A DNA stretch of 64,000 bases from Ilumatobacteraceae bacterium (GTDB lineage: Bacteria; Actinomycetota; Acidimicrobiia; Acidimicrobiales; Ilumatobacteraceae). This document shows positions 9,266-20,306 of the stretch, one piece after another; the stretch's first letter is position 1; every line of letters starts with the position of its first letter. A program made the translations under genes and the position numbers. The stretch is taken from assembly GCA_963733085.1 (NCBI GenBank), contig CAVTBY010000013.1, positions 2,809 to 66,808 of the forward strand. The letters are read 5' to 3'. The notes under the pieces are model-generated. The model was not told where the DNA came from, searched no databases, and saw only the letters and a list, made by a program, of their open reading frames with translations.

Positions 9266-12134
9266 ATGAACGAGGTGGCAGTACGCACCGGCCCGCTGGT
9301 CCTCGTCGGACGGGACGAACAGCTGGCCGCCTTGGTCGAGACCTTCGACGCCGTGGGACGAGGCCGGAGCACGACAGTGTTGCTCGGTGGCGACGCCGGA
9401 GTCGGCAAGACCACGTTGGTCAATGCCTTCGTGGCCCAGCTCGGTGACGCCCGAGTCATCCGCGGTCAATGCGTCCCGCTCGGCGGCGACGGCTTGGCGT
9501 TCGCGCCGATCAGCGGCGCGCTGCGCGATCTCAAACAGCAGGTCGGCGACGACGCCGTGTTGGAGTGGGCCGGTCCGGGAAGTGCGTCACTCGGTGGCCT
9601 GCTGCCCGAGCTGACAAACGGCGTCGGCACCAACGATGACACGCTGCGCCTGTTCGAGGCGGTCACAGAAGTGCTCGAAGGGGCGGCCGAGTCCCAGCCG
9701 CTCGTCGTCGTCCTCGAGGACATCCACTGGGCCGACGCCTCCACACGACACCTCGTTGCCTTCGTCGCCCGAGCCCTCACCGACGCCCGAGTGCTGCTGA
9801 TCGCCACCTACCGCAGTGACGAGCTGCACCGGCGCCACCCGCTCCGTCCGTTCCTGGCCGAGATGCAACGACTCGGCGGCGTGGAGACCCACTCCGTTCC
9901 GCGGCTCGACACCGATGGTGTCGCCGCGATGGTGACGGCGCTGCGCCCCGACCGCCACGATGAAGCGTTCGCCGAGGAGGTCTTCCGGCGTAGCGATGGC
10001 ATCCCGTTCTTCGTCGAGGAGCTCGCCCGCACCGAGTGCTCCGATCTTCCCGCCGGGCTGCGCGACGTGTTGTTCGTCCGCTTCGAGTCACTCGGACGCT
10101 CTGCCCAGGCGGCCGTGCGTCTGCTTGCCGTCGCCGGCCACCGGGCCGAGTACTCACTGATCTCGCGCGGCAGCGATCTCGATGAGACCGAGCTCGACAC
10201 CGGACTGCGCGAAGCCGTCGACGCACAGCTGGTGATCGTCGACGGCAGCGGGTTCCGCTTCCGTCACGCCCTGCTGCGCGAGGCCGTGCTGGACGACCTG
10301 CTCCCCGGCGAAGCCGCATCGCTGCACCGCCGCATCGCCGAAACGATCGAGGCCGAACCGGCGCTCGTGCCGGCGGGCACGAGCGCCATCGAGCTCGCCC
10401 ATCACTGGTCGGCCGCCCGCGAGCCGAACAAGGCTTTTCGCTGGTCACTCACCGCCGCCCGTGATCGCCCGATCGACAAGAGCGAGTCGTTGCGCCTGTT
10501 CGAGCGGGCGCTCGGCCTGTGGGACGAAGTCGACGATGTCGAGGCCGTCGCCGGCCAATCGCACGCCGAGCTGATGGAATCGGCGGCCGACGCCGCTTCC
10601 GACGCCGGTGAGTGGGTGCGCGGTCTGGCGCTGATCGAGTCGGCGCTCGGCGAAGTCGACGAGGGCACGCAGCCCCTGCATGTCGCTCGGCTCCTGCAGA
10701 CGAAGGGCCACTTGCTCTCCAAACTGAACCGCTTCGGCTCCGTGGAGACGCTGCAGCAGGCCGTCGAGTTGGTCCCCGACACGCCGCCGACGACGCAGCG
10801 CGCTCGAGGTGCTCGGGATGCTGGCCGCAATGAAGATGATGGCCGGCGACAACGACGGTGCCATCGAAACGGCCCGCCGGAGCATGGAAGTCGGCAAGGC
10901 CGCCGGAACTCCTCAACCATCGGCCCAGATCACGCTGGCAACCTGCATCGCCAGTAAAGGCCTCCTGGACGAGGCCGGCGGCCACTTCGCCGAGGCGCTG
11001 GCGCTCGTCGAGGGAGTCGACGAGCGATTGGTGCTGCGGCACCACATCAACCTGTCGGACGTGCTGCGCCTCAACGGACGGTTTCGGGCGGCGACCACCA
11101 CGGCGGAAGCAGGGATCGATATGGCCAAGGCGATGGGGTTGCGCCGGACGTTCGGGGCGATGCTCGCCGGCAACGCCGCTGAACCGCTGCTCCTCCTCGG
11201 CGAGTGGTCGGCGGCCCGGCGGCTGATCGACCGGGCCCTCGAACTCGATCCGCCCGCCCACCACCACATCCATCTCAAGATGCTGCAGGCGCTCCATCAG
11301 GTGTGGACGGACGACCTCGCCGATGCCGACCAGACGCTCGCCAAGTTTCGCCAGCAGCTGTCCTCGGCGAACCCGATTCCCCAGTACCTGACGATGATCG
11401 CCCTCAGCGAGAGCGAGTTGGCGCTCGCCGTGGACGACCCCGGGCGAGCGTGGGCGGCCGCCAAGGCATCGATCGATCGTCGGCAGAGCCAGAACGCCGG
11501 TGCCCTGTGGTGGGTCGCCCGATCCGCCGCCGAGGCGATCGCCACCGCCCGTCGCCGAGGCAGCGCGACGTTCGACCTCACGGCGGCCGAGTCGTACCTT
11601 CGGGAGGTCGTCGACGAGTTCGCTGTCGACGCTCCACTTGGCGCCGCTCGGGCGGTCGTCGACGCCGAACTCGACGACGACCTCGAAGCGTGGGAAGCCG
11701 CGTTGGAAGCTCTGCGCCAGGCCGAGGGCCCTGTGCACTTGCGGGCGCACGCCCATCTGCGTCGCGCCGAGCTGCTCGCCGGCGACCGTCGAGCCTCCGC
11801 CGCGGAGCTCGCCGCCGCCGAGGAGACCGCCCGATCGATTGGGGCCGGGCTGCTCCAACGGCGAATCGACGATCTCCGCCGGCGCCTCGGAGTGCGCGGC
11901 GGCGACAGCTCCCCACCACGAGACGGCCAGCCGATCCCCCTCACACCTCGCGAGCGCGAGGTGCTGCGCCTCGTCGCTCGCGGCATGAGCAACGGCGAGA
12001 TCGGCAGTGAGCTGTTCATCACGACAAAGACGGCGAGCGTCCACGTCTCGAACATCCTGGCCAAGCTCGGCGTCAGCTCGCGCACAGAGGCGGCGGCGTT
12101 GGCGCTGCGCGGGGCTCAACTAGAACAGGGTTGA
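9266..12134 (+). CDS. LAL-type (AAA ATPase-TPR-LuxR HTH) transcriptional regulator, frameshift near 10808
   Basis: Walker A GDAGVGKT, Walker B VVVLEDIHWAD, FRHAL, C-terminal LTPREREVLRLVARGMSNGEIGSELFITTKTASVHVSNILAKLG. Confidence 0.92.
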
Positions 12135-12634
12135 TGGACGACGACCAGCGATCGGCGGAACGTGACGCCAAAGAGCTCGACGACGTGGCTGACCGCGACG
12201 AGTTGCGCAAGCGCTACGAAATGCTTCTCCAGGAGCTGCGCGTCGTACTGCCCGGTGTGCAGGTGCTGATGGCGTTCTTGTTGACCGCTCCGTTCGCCCA
12301 ACGCTTCACCGACCTCGACGACATCGGGCGGCGGAGCTACCTCATCGCCCTCGTCAGCGCCCTGGGATCGACGATCTGCTTGCTCACACCCACCGTGTTC
12401 CACCGCGTGGCCGAACGAACGGCGCGCCGGGCGCGCCTCGTCTGGAGTGTGCGCCTCGCCGTCGTCGGCATGGTCCTCCTCGCCGTGGCCTTGACGACCG
12501 CGAGTTGGTGTATCACCCGATTGGTTTTCGGGACGGCCGCCGCCACGGTGGTTGCGGTGTGTGCTGTCACGGCATTCGTCGGGGTCTGGGTCGTCCTGCC
12601 GCTGAGCGTCGGACGGTCATCCGACGCCCCGTGA
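12134..12634 (+). CDS. DUF6328-like membrane protein
   Basis: LLQELRVVLPGVQVLMAFLLTAPFAQRF plus four hydrophobic segments. Confidence 0.8.
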   Translation: MDDDQRSAERDAKELDDVADRDELRKRYEMLLQELRVVLPGVQVLMAFLLTAPFAQRFTDLDDIGRRSYLIALVSALGSTICLLTPTVFHRVAERTARRARLVWSVRLAVVGMVLLAVALTTASWCITRLVFGTAAATVVAVCAVTAFVGVWVVLPLSVGRSSDAP

Positions 12635-12655
12635 CATCGACAAGCGTCGCCGACG

Positions 12656-13492
12656 TCAGGCCGTGCTGAAGAACAGCTGCAGCTCGAGGACGCCCTCGTC
12701 CTCGGCAGACAGCACAACGGGAGCGCTCGGAACGCTGACGCCGTAGTCGGCGAACACGATGTCGAGCGAGCCGACGACCACGATGTTGTCGCCGACGAGC
12801 TGGGCCTCGAGCGGGAGCGTCACCGGTGTCGTCACACCATGAATCGTCAGCTCTCCGGTCGCGTCGACGCTCACGGACTCCCCTGATGCCGCAGCATCGC
12901 CGAGCTCGATCGGCTCGGTGAGAACGAACGTGGCTGTCGGGAACTCCCCGGTGCCGAGGGCGCTCTGGACCTTGTCGTCGCGCCGGCTCTCGTTGGTCGT
13001 GATCGCCGTCATGTCAGCCTCGATGGTGACGGCCGTGACCGTCGTGCCCTCGATCGTGAGGGTGCCGCCGACTTCTGGCGTCCGGCCGACGGCCGTGGTC
13101 GATCCGATCCCGGTCAACTCCTCCTCGACGCGGAATCCGACGAACGTTCCCGTCGAGTCCTCGTAACTGAACTCGCCGATCGACGTGTCGACCGACCAGG
13201 TCCCGGCCACGCCGCTTGCCGCGGAGTCAGCCGCGGCGGTCGCCGCAGCCGTCTCGGTGGTCGGCGAATCCGTCGTCACCGCGCCGGCTTGCGTGTCAGC
13301 CTCCTGCACTTGGGCCGCTGCTGCCCCGAGACTCACGGAGTCGGGGGCGTCATCGCGGAAGAACCACCACAGGAACGCCCCGATGCCGATGACGACAACG
13401 GCGAGGGCACTCACTGCCCACCGCCAGCGGTGGCTTCGCGGCTTGCTGGGCTCGACCGGATCGGTGTGTTCTGTGGGCGAAGACGTGTTCAC
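12656..13492 (-). CDS. membrane-anchored YceI family protein (start approximate)
   Basis: TM anchor, then VGFRVEEEL...AVGRT...RRD...FPTATF...GELTIHGVT...FADYGV. Confidence 0.87.
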   Translation of the reverse strand: MNTSSPTEHTDPVEPSKPRSHRWRWAVSALAVVVIGIGAFLWWFFRDDAPDSVSLGAAAAQVQEADTQAGAVTTDSPTTETAAATAAADSAASGVAGTWSVDTSIGEFSYEDSTGTFVGFRVEEELTGIGSTTAVGRTPEVGGTLTIEGTTVTAVTIEADMTAITTNESRRDDKVQSALGTGEFPTATFVLTEPIELGDAAASGESVSVDATGELTIHGVTTPVTLPLEAQLVGDNIVVVGSLDIVFADYGVSVPSAPVVLSAEDEGVLELQLFFSTA

Positions 13493-13545
13493 GATGTTCC
13501 TCTGTCGGGGGTCACGGGGTGTCGTGGCGATCCTGACCATTCAAC

Positions 13546-13616
13546 CTGTGAGCGCGCTGTGACATTGCTCAGGGTGAGCACAGACTTCTCGGCGAGGACT
13601 CACAGTCAACTCCCAG
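13546..13616. promoter_or_regulatory. OmpR/PhoP-type 11-bp-period direct repeats (TCACAG-N5-TCACAG)
   Basis: Perfect CTGTGA-N5-CTGTGA at 13546-13562. On the other strand GCTCAG/GCACAG/TCGGCG/TCACAG/TCCCAG start at 13567, 13578, 13589, 13600 and 13611. Confidence 0.7.
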
Positions 13617-13627
13617 GATCGGCTGAC

Positions 13628-14323
13628 ATGCTGGCCATCGTGAAGGGCGCCCACCTGCTCATCGTCGACGACGAGGACAACCTGCGATCGATGCTCGCCG
13701 CTGCCCTCCAGCACCACGGTTTCGTGGTCTCCACTGCCGCCGACGGTCGTCAAGCACTCGACATCATCCCCAAGGAGCGTCCCGACCTCGTTCTCCTCGA
13801 CGTGATGATGCCCGACCTCGACGGCTTCGAGGTGTGCCGACGGCTGCGCACCGAGGGAGATCGCACGCCGGTGTTGTTCCTGACCGCCCGGGACTCCACC
13901 GAGGACAAGGTGCGCGGCCTCACGCTCGGCGGCGACGACTACCTGCAGAAGCCGTTCAGTCTCGACGAGTTGATCGCCAGGGCCCAGGCCGTGCTCCGTC
14001 GCACGTCCGATCGGCGCGGATCGGGCAGCGTGCTCGAGTGTGCCGACCTCGTGATGGATGACGATGCCCATCGCGTTCGACGCGCTGGCGTGGACGTGTC
14101 GCTGTCGCCGACGGAGTACAACCTGCTCCGCTACCTCCTGGTCAACCAAGGCCGCGTCGTGTCGAAGGCACAGATCCTCGACCACGTCTGGCGGTATGAC
14201 TTCGGGGGCGATGGCAGCGTCGTCGAGACGTACATCGGGTACCTGCGCCGCAAGGTCGACGACGTCGAGCCGAAGCTGATCCACACGCTGCGCGGCGTCG
14301 GCTACACGCTGCGCGTCCAGTGA
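13628..14323 (+). CDS. OmpR-family response regulator (PhoP/TcrX-like)
   Basis: IVDDE, LLDVMMP, GGDDYLQKPF, winged HTH ending HTLRGVGYTLR. Confidence 0.95.
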   Translation: MLAIVKGAHLLIVDDEDNLRSMLAAALQHHGFVVSTAADGRQALDIIPKERPDLVLLDVMMPDLDGFEVCRRLRTEGDRTPVLFLTARDSTEDKVRGLTLGGDDYLQKPFSLDELIARAQAVLRRTSDRRGSGSVLECADLVMDDDAHRVRRAGVDVSLSPTEYNLLRYLLVNQGRVVSKAQILDHVWRYDFGGDGSVVETYIGYLRRKVDDVEPKLIHTLRGVGYTLRVQ

Positions 14324-15727
14324 ACCTGCGCACGCGTCTCCTCGTCGGCATCGCGTTCGTCGCAGTCGTGCTGGTCGTCGTCGCCCTCGTTGTCACCTCG
14401 ACCACGCGCAACCAGCTGATCGGACAGATCGACGACCGCCTCGCCTCCTTTTCGCCGCGCGGTCACGACCTTCCAGAGGGCGAGGACGGTGCACCCCGCG
14501 GCGGACCGCCGCCGCCGGACGGCGCGCCGGAGCGGCCGAGCGACGCCTACCAGGGCTACGTCGACGCCGACGGCGACCTCGTCACCCTGTTCGCCCCGAA
14601 CGTCGGCGAGGAGGACTCTGCACCGCCCGACATCGCTACCGACTCGCTTCCGAAGTCGGGGAGCGACTACTTCACCGTGGACGCTACCGACGGCGGCGGG
14701 ACGTATCGGGTCCTCGCCCAGGACGCCGGCGACGTCACGACGATCACGGCGCTGCCGCTCGACGACGTGCAACGGACGATCTCCCGACTGATCCTCGTCG
14801 AAGTGATCGGTTCACTGGCGATCCTCGCCGCCCTCGGCGTCGTCAGTTGGTGGGTCGTCCACCTCGGGATACGTCCCATCAAGCAGATGACGGCGACGGC
14901 GACGCGGATCGCCGGTGGCGATCTCACCGTGCGCGTCCCGGAATCGGCCCCCGGCACGGAGGCCGGTGACCTTGCCGTCGCCCTCAACACGATGCTCGGC
15001 AACCTCGCCACGGCGTTCGACGAACGCGCCGCCTCCGAGGCGCGCCTTCGTCGCTTCGTGGCCGATGCGTCGCACGAGTTGCGTACTCCGGTGACGACGA
15101 TTCGTGGCTATGCCGAGCTGTACCGCCATGGCGGCCTGACCGACCAAGCGGCGCTCGACGACGCGATGCGGCGCACCGAACAAGAGGCTGCCCGGATCGG
15201 CCGGCTCGTCGAGGACATGCTGTCGCTGGCGAAGCTCGACGAGCAGCGCCCGTTGACCGTGCGCCCCGTCGACCTGACCGCGCTTGCACGCGATGCGGCA
15301 TCGGACGCCCGTGCGACAGCGCCGGGTCGACCGATCACCGTCGACGCAGGGCCCACGCCGATCGTGATCGACGGGGACGAGGACCGCCTCCGCCAAGTGA
15401 TTGCCAACGTCGTCGGCAACGCCTTGGTGCACACCGAGTCCAGACGTGCCGGTCACGGTCCGTGTCGAGCGCGACGGAACGACCGCGACGCTCTCCGTCG
15501 ACGACCGTGGCCAGGGCATGACGGCCGAGGTCGCCGAGCGCGTCACCGAGCGATTCTTTCGCGCCGACCCGTCACGCTCCCGCCACCGCGGCGGCACCGG
15601 GCTCGGACTGTCGATCGTCGATGCCACGGTGTCGGCCCATGGCGGGGCGGTGGCGATCGAGAGCGAGCCGGGACGGGGAACGACCGTGCGTTTGACGATG
15701 CCCGTCGCCGCGGGCAACCGCGAGTGA
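14320..15727 (+). CDS. HAMP sensor histidine kinase (frameshift near 15440)
   Basis: Two TM segments, HAMP, DASHELRTP, N box NVVGNA, then DRGQGM, ERFFR and GTGLGL in the shifted frame. Confidence 0.92.
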
Positions 15728-15733
15728 GGTCGC

Positions 15734-16720
15734 CTAATCCAGATGTGCGGGGAGCCCGAACAGGGGAAACATCCGGGCCACGTCGAGAAAGAACGTGAAC
15801 TCGGCGATGCGGTCACCCTCCACGCGGAGTACCTGCAGAGACCACGGTGCACGTCCGCCTGCTGGGTCGGGCTTGTACTGGCCGAACGCAACCGTGCCGT
15901 TCGCTTCGGTGGCGATCAGCCGAGAATCGCGGCATCCTGCTCCTGGGCCCTGCCACCATTCGAGGATCTCGTCGCGGCCGTGCAGCCACATCGCCCACGG
16001 AGGCATCGACTGCGTCGCGTCGGCGGCGATGAGCGATGTCAATGCGTCGATGTCGTAGCGCTCGAATGCATCGACGTACCTGGCGAGCAGTGCCCGCCTC
16101 GCCTCGTCGTCGAGCTCATCGGTCAGTTCGCCGGCGGCCTGGTGGTTGCCGATCGTGGCATGGGCCCGCTGCAGCGCGCTGTTGACACCGGCGACGGTGG
16201 TGTCGAGCAGCTCGGCAACCTCACTGGCTTGCCACTTCAGGACGTCGCGCAGGATCAGCACGGCGCGCTGTTGCGGCGGCAGATGCTGAAGGGCGGCAAC
16301 GAAGGCGAGACGGATCGACTCGCGTTCTGCGACGGCTTCGGCCGGGTCGCTCGGGCGGGTTGACACGATGTTGCCTGGGGCCGGCTCGACGAACGCGCTC
16401 TCCGGCAGCGGTGTCCCGATGAGTCCCTCGGCGGCTCGAGTCGCACCCGTCATCTCCATCGGGAGGGCCCGGCGTTGCCGGCCGCGCAAGGCGTCGAAGC
16501 ACACGTTGCTGGCGATGCGGTACAACCACGTCCGGACCTCGGAGCGGCCTTCGAAGCGGTCGTACGAGCGCCAGGCCCGCGTCAGCGTCTCCTGCACGGC
16601 GTCCTCGGCGTCGAATGCGGAGCCGAGCATCCGGTAGCAGAATCCGGTCAGCTCGGCGCGTCGTGCCGGCGTCAGCACGTCGTCGATGGCCGGCCGCGAC
16701 GTCGGCGGCGAGGTCCCCAT
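15734..16720 (-). CDS. ECF sigma factor with C-terminal SnoaL-like domain (SigG-like)
   Basis: CYRMLGSAFDAEDAVQET, WLYRIASN, LAFVAALQHLPPQQRAVLILRDVL, SMPP, ANG. Confidence 0.92.
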   Translation of the reverse strand: MGTSPPTSRPAIDDVLTPARRAELTGFCYRMLGSAFDAEDAVQETLTRAWRSYDRFEGRSEVRTWLYRIASNVCFDALRGRQRRALPMEMTGATRAAEGLIGTPLPESAFVEPAPGNIVSTRPSDPAEAVAERESIRLAFVAALQHLPPQQRAVLILRDVLKWQASEVAELLDTTVAGVNSALQRAHATIGNHQAAGELTDELDDEARRALLARYVDAFERYDIDALTSLIAADATQSMPPWAMWLHGRDEILEWWQGPGAGCRDSRLIATEANGTVAFGQYKPDPAGGRAPWSLQVLRVEGDRIAEFTFFLDVARMFPLFGLPAHLD

Positions 16721-16794
16721 CGCCTCGAAATCTACCGACCATCCGACGAGGCGGGGACGTGACTCTCAACACGCCCGGAGGCAGACTGAGTCCC

Positions 16795-17721
16795 GTGGGT
16801 GCGCACGATCACCACGACGTTGCGCACCACCAGCACGCCTCGGTCCGCGCCGCCGAACGGCACAAGGGCCCGCTGCTTGCCGCGTTCGTCCTGCTCGCCC
16901 TGTTCATGGTCGTCGAGATCGTGGCTGGGCTGGCGGCCAGCTCGCTCGCCCTGCTGTCCGACGCCGGCCACATGGTCACCGACGTGATCGGCGTGGGCAT
17001 GGCCCTGGCGGCGATCCAGCTGGCCAGCCGCGGCACCGAGCGACGTCACCGCACGTTCGGCCTGTACCGCCTGGAGATCCTCGCCGCCCTGGCGAACGCC
17101 GTCCTGCTCGGCGCCGTCGCCTGCTACGTCGTCGTCGAGGCGATTCGGCGCTTCGGTGACGCGCCGGAGATCGACGACCGGACGATGTTGATCGTCGCCG
17201 TGGCCGGTCTGTTCGCCAACGTCGTCGCCTTCGCATTGCTGCGTGCCGGGTCGAAGGAGTCATTGAACATCGAGGGCGCCTACCTCGAGGTCCTCTCGGA
17301 CACGGTCGGGTCGGTCGCCGTGATCGCCGGCGCCGTTGTCATCTCGATCACGGGATGGTCGTGGGTCGATCCCGTCATCGCCATCGCCATCGGGGTGTGG
17401 ATCCTGCCCCGGGCGTGGCGCCTTGCGGCAAGGGCACTGCGCATCGTCATGCAATCGGCGCCGCCGGGACTCGATCTCGACGCCGTGGCAGGCGAGCTGT
17501 CGGCAATCCACGGGGTCGTCGACGTCCACGACCTCCACGTCTGGACGCTGACCTCAGACATGGAAGTGGCGTCAGCGCATCTTCGGGTTGCCGACGGCAG
17601 CGACTCGCACGGTGTGCTCGACGAGGCGCGAGAGCTCCTCCGGACCCGCTACCAGATCGGCCACGCGACGTTGCAGATCGAACCGCTCGACCACACTGGT
17701 TGTTCCGAGGTCGCTTGGTGA
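16795..17721 (+). CDS. cation diffusion facilitator (CzcD/ZitB-like)
   Basis: His-rich N-terminus, SLALLSDAGHMVTD, TFGLYRLEILAALAN, VHDLHVWTL, HATLQIE. Confidence 0.93.
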   Translation: MGAHDHHDVAHHQHASVRAAERHKGPLLAAFVLLALFMVVEIVAGLAASSLALLSDAGHMVTDVIGVGMALAAIQLASRGTERRHRTFGLYRLEILAALANAVLLGAVACYVVVEAIRRFGDAPEIDDRTMLIVAVAGLFANVVAFALLRAGSKESLNIEGAYLEVLSDTVGSVAVIAGAVVISITGWSWVDPVIAIAIGVWILPRAWRLAARALRIVMQSAPPGLDLDAVAGELSAIHGVVDVHDLHVWTLTSDMEVASAHLRVADGSDSHGVLDEARELLRTRYQIGHATLQIEPLDHTGCSEVAW

Positions 17722-17749
17722 TGCTGAGCTAGCTGAGAACGCGACGTCG

Positions 17750-18175
17750 TTACGGCGACCAGGTGCCGCCCTGGACCGGGGCCTGGGGAACCTGCTGGTC
17801 CCGGCCGGTGGCCTTGCGGAAGAAGATCAACGGCAGGATGAGGGCGGCGAGCAGGCCTCCCAGCCACACGATGACCGTCGCCGCGATCCACGTCGAGGCT
17901 CCGGAGATGCTGACGCCGTCGAAGAGGAGATCGGTCACGAGCAGGCCGATGAACGACGTCACCAGGGCGATGCCGCCGCGCAGGGCCGGCACGCTCTTGA
18001 GCGCAATCTTCGTCACCAGCGGGCCGGCGATCACTTCGACGAGCGTGAAGAGCGCCACGGCGAAGATGTACGCCTCCCATTGGATGCTGAAGTCGTCGAA
18101 GAGGAGGTCGGCGACAAGCAGACCGACAAAGTTCGCTCCAAGGTGGAAGAAGATGGAGATCAACAGCCGGATCAT
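17750..18175 (-). CDS. 4-TM phage-holin-family (YvlD-like) membrane protein
   Basis: 141-aa hydrophobic ORF with pattern AN.VGLLVA.LL...F.I...GP......ALV...LLVTDLL.DGVSISG...W..ATVIVW. Confidence 0.7.
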   Translation of the reverse strand: MIRLLISIFFHLGANFVGLLVADLLFDDFSIQWEAYIFAVALFTLVEVIAGPLVTKIALKSVPALRGGIALVTSFIGLLVTDLLFDGVSISGASTWIAATVIVWLGGLLAALILPLIFFRKATGRDQQVPQAPVQGGTWSP

Positions 18176-18349
18176 CGGACGCTCCGGCCCAAGCGGTTCA
18201 GGCTCATGAGCGAACAGTAGACCCGCACGATGTGGTGAGCGTGCGATGGTCGCAGGTAGACCCTGACACCCTCCTGTCACCATCGAGGCACGTGTGTGGT
18301 GTGCCAGCGGTTTGAGGAGCGATTGGCCGCCGGTACCCTGCCCATGCAC

Positions 18350-18422
18350 GGGGCTGTAGCTCAATTGGTAGAGCGCCACGATGGCATCGTGGAGGTCGCG
18401 CGTTCGATTCGCGTCAGCTCCA
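18350..18422 (+). tRNA. tRNA-Ala(GGC)
   Basis: GGGGCTG/CAGCTCC acceptor stem, D-loop AATTGGTA, anticodon arm CCACG-AT GGC AT-CGTGG, T-arm GCGCG TTCGATT CGCGT; CCA not encoded. Confidence 0.97.
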
Positions 18423-18454
18423 CCCCAGCCATCGACACGTTTTCCGGGCGCTCG

Positions 18455-18506
18455 GATTCTGAGGTCACGATCCGGACATTTCTGACCGGTTTTGGGCCTC
18501 AGAATC
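18455..18506. repeat. imperfect palindrome downstream of the tRNA
   Basis: GATTCTGAGGTC...GGCCTCAGAATC. Confidence 0.55.
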
Positions 18507-18582
18507 AGCGCTGTAGCTGACTCCAGGATTCCGATACCGCAAAGCGGTCCCCGAAACACCCCATCGGTTGACCGTTGTGCCG

Positions 18583-19542
18583 TCAGGATCGGCGCCGGCG
18601 GATCTCGGCGGTGATCGCCGGGACCACCTCGTGGAGGTCGCCGATCACGGCGTAGTCGGCTTTGGTGACGAGGTTGGCGCCGGGGTCCGTGTTGATCGCC
18701 AGGATCCGCTTCGACGACATCGCTCCCACCCAGTGCTGGATTGCCCCCGAGATGCCGCAGGCGATGTAGATCTCCGGGGCGATCCGGGTGCCGGTTTGGC
18801 CGACCTGGTCGGTGTGGTTGCGCCAGCCGTTGTTCGTCACCACCCGCGAGCAGCCGACGACGCCACCGAGCAGGGCGGCGAGCTCCTCTAGGTCGCTGAA
18901 GCCCTCGGCGGAGCCGACTCCCCGGCCGCCCCCGACTACGACGGGCGCAGTGGCCAGGGTGACGCCGGCGGGTCGCTCGACCCGTTCGATCACCGCACAA
19001 CGAGCGACTGCCGGGTCGAGCACGGCGTTGAACGGGCGCGGCGTGGCGGCCTCCGAAGAGTCAGCCGGAACCGCGGCGACGGCATGGAGGGCGACGGTCA
19101 GCAGTCGTACGCCCGCGTCGAGCTCTGCGGTCTCGATCAGCGACCCGCCCCAGCGCATTCGGCGAACGCGCAGCGGGTCGGTCGACTCGACGTCGAGGCA
19201 GTTGGCGGCCATCGGCACGTCGAGCACGGCGGCAGCGTGAGCGAGAACCTCGTTGCCAACGTCAGTCCCGGTCGCCACGGTGTAGTCCGGCGTCACGAAG
19301 CGGACCGCCCCGGCGACCACGTCTCCCCACGCCTCAGGGTTGTAGTCGTCGAGCAGCTCGTGATGCGCCTGGTGGACCTCGGTGGCGCCGTAAACGCCGA
19401 GCTCGGGGGCCAGGACGTCGGCGCCCCCACCGATGGTCAAGGCAACGACGTCGCCGAGCGATCGGGCGAACGTCAGCGCTTCGAACGTCGCCGGCGAGAC
19501 CTCACCTCGATCGTGTTCGACAAGCACCAGCACTCGTTTCAT
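18583..19542 (-). CDS. etfA: electron transfer flavoprotein alpha subunit
   Basis: VVGGGRG, VGCSR, QVGQTG, YIACGISGAIQH, AINTDP.A. Confidence 0.95.
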   Translation of the reverse strand: MKRVLVLVEHDRGEVSPATFEALTFARSLGDVVALTIGGGADVLAPELGVYGATEVHQAHHELLDDYNPEAWGDVVAGAVRFVTPDYTVATGTDVGNEVLAHAAAVLDVPMAANCLDVESTDPLRVRRMRWGGSLIETAELDAGVRLLTVALHAVAAVPADSSEAATPRPFNAVLDPAVARCAVIERVERPAGVTLATAPVVVGGGRGVGSAEGFSDLEELAALLGGVVGCSRVVTNNGWRNHTDQVGQTGTRIAPEIYIACGISGAIQHWVGAMSSKRILAINTDPGANLVTKADYAVIGDLHEVVPAITAEIRRRRS

Positions 19543-20303
19543 AGGACGCCGATCTGCTCGAGAAGATCGACGACCGCCGGGGCGGCGCCGGCACCCTGCC
19601 CGAGGACGACCGTGTGGCTGGCCTGCTCCGCTGGAGGCTGCAACGAAACCAGACGGTGGCCGCCAGGCGCGGCGACCGGCTCGATCGTCCTGACGGCGAC
19701 CTTCTTCGACGCCAGGCGGCCCTTCATCGTGGGGTACCGCGGCAGGTTGATGCCCTCCTTGACACCGACGACAGCGGGGAGGGGCAATGCGAAGACCAGC
19801 CGACCTGCGTCGGTCTCCCGTTCGACTCGCACAACGGCATCTGCCACCGACAGGGCCTTGGCGCCGTTGACAACCGGCCGGCTCAGGGCCCGGGCCACGC
19901 GGATGCCGACCTGGTACCCGCCGGAGTCCGCGGACTCGTTGCCGAACAGCACGAGGTCGAATGGCTCTCCGGTGGTCTCCAGGTCGCCAACCGCAGCGGC
20001 GATCGCCTGCGCCGTGCGCTGCGGGTCCCAATCCGACCCGTCGGTCGCCACCAGCACGGCGTCGTCGACTCCGACGCTGACGGCGTATCGCAGCTGTTCC
20101 TCGGCTTCAGGCGGTCCGACCGTCAGCACGGTCGATCGACCGCCATGCTGCTCGACGAGTTGGACTGCCGCCTCGACCGCGCACTCCTCGTGCGGACTCG
20201 TCGTGAAGCCGAGGAACGCCGTGTCGACTGCGAGCCCGTCGGCAGTGACGTTGATGCGCGTGCCCGGCGCCGGCACGCGTTTCACACAGACGAGAACTCG
20301 CAC
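19539..20303 (-). CDS. etfB: electron transfer flavoprotein beta subunit
   Basis: VCVKRVP, AVEAAVQL, FGNESAD, PRYPTMKG. Confidence 0.94.
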   Translation of the reverse strand: MRVLVCVKRVPAPGTRINVTADGLAVDTAFLGFTTSPHEECAVEAAVQLVEQHGGRSTVLTVGPPEAEEQLRYAVSVGVDDAVLVATDGSDWDPQRTAQAIAAAVGDLETTGEPFDLVLFGNESADSGGYQVGIRVARALSRPVVNGAKALSVADAVVRVERETDAGRLVFALPLPAVVGVKEGINLPRYPTMKGRLASKKVAVRTIEPVAAPGGHRLVSLQPPAEQASHTVVLGQGAGAAPAVVDLLEQIGVL

Positions 20304-20306
20304 GAA

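Noticed and set aside
17750-18422. Holin-family gene beside a tRNA as a prophage edge
   Set aside because: No integrase, phage structural genes or att duplication; this membrane family is common on chromosomes.
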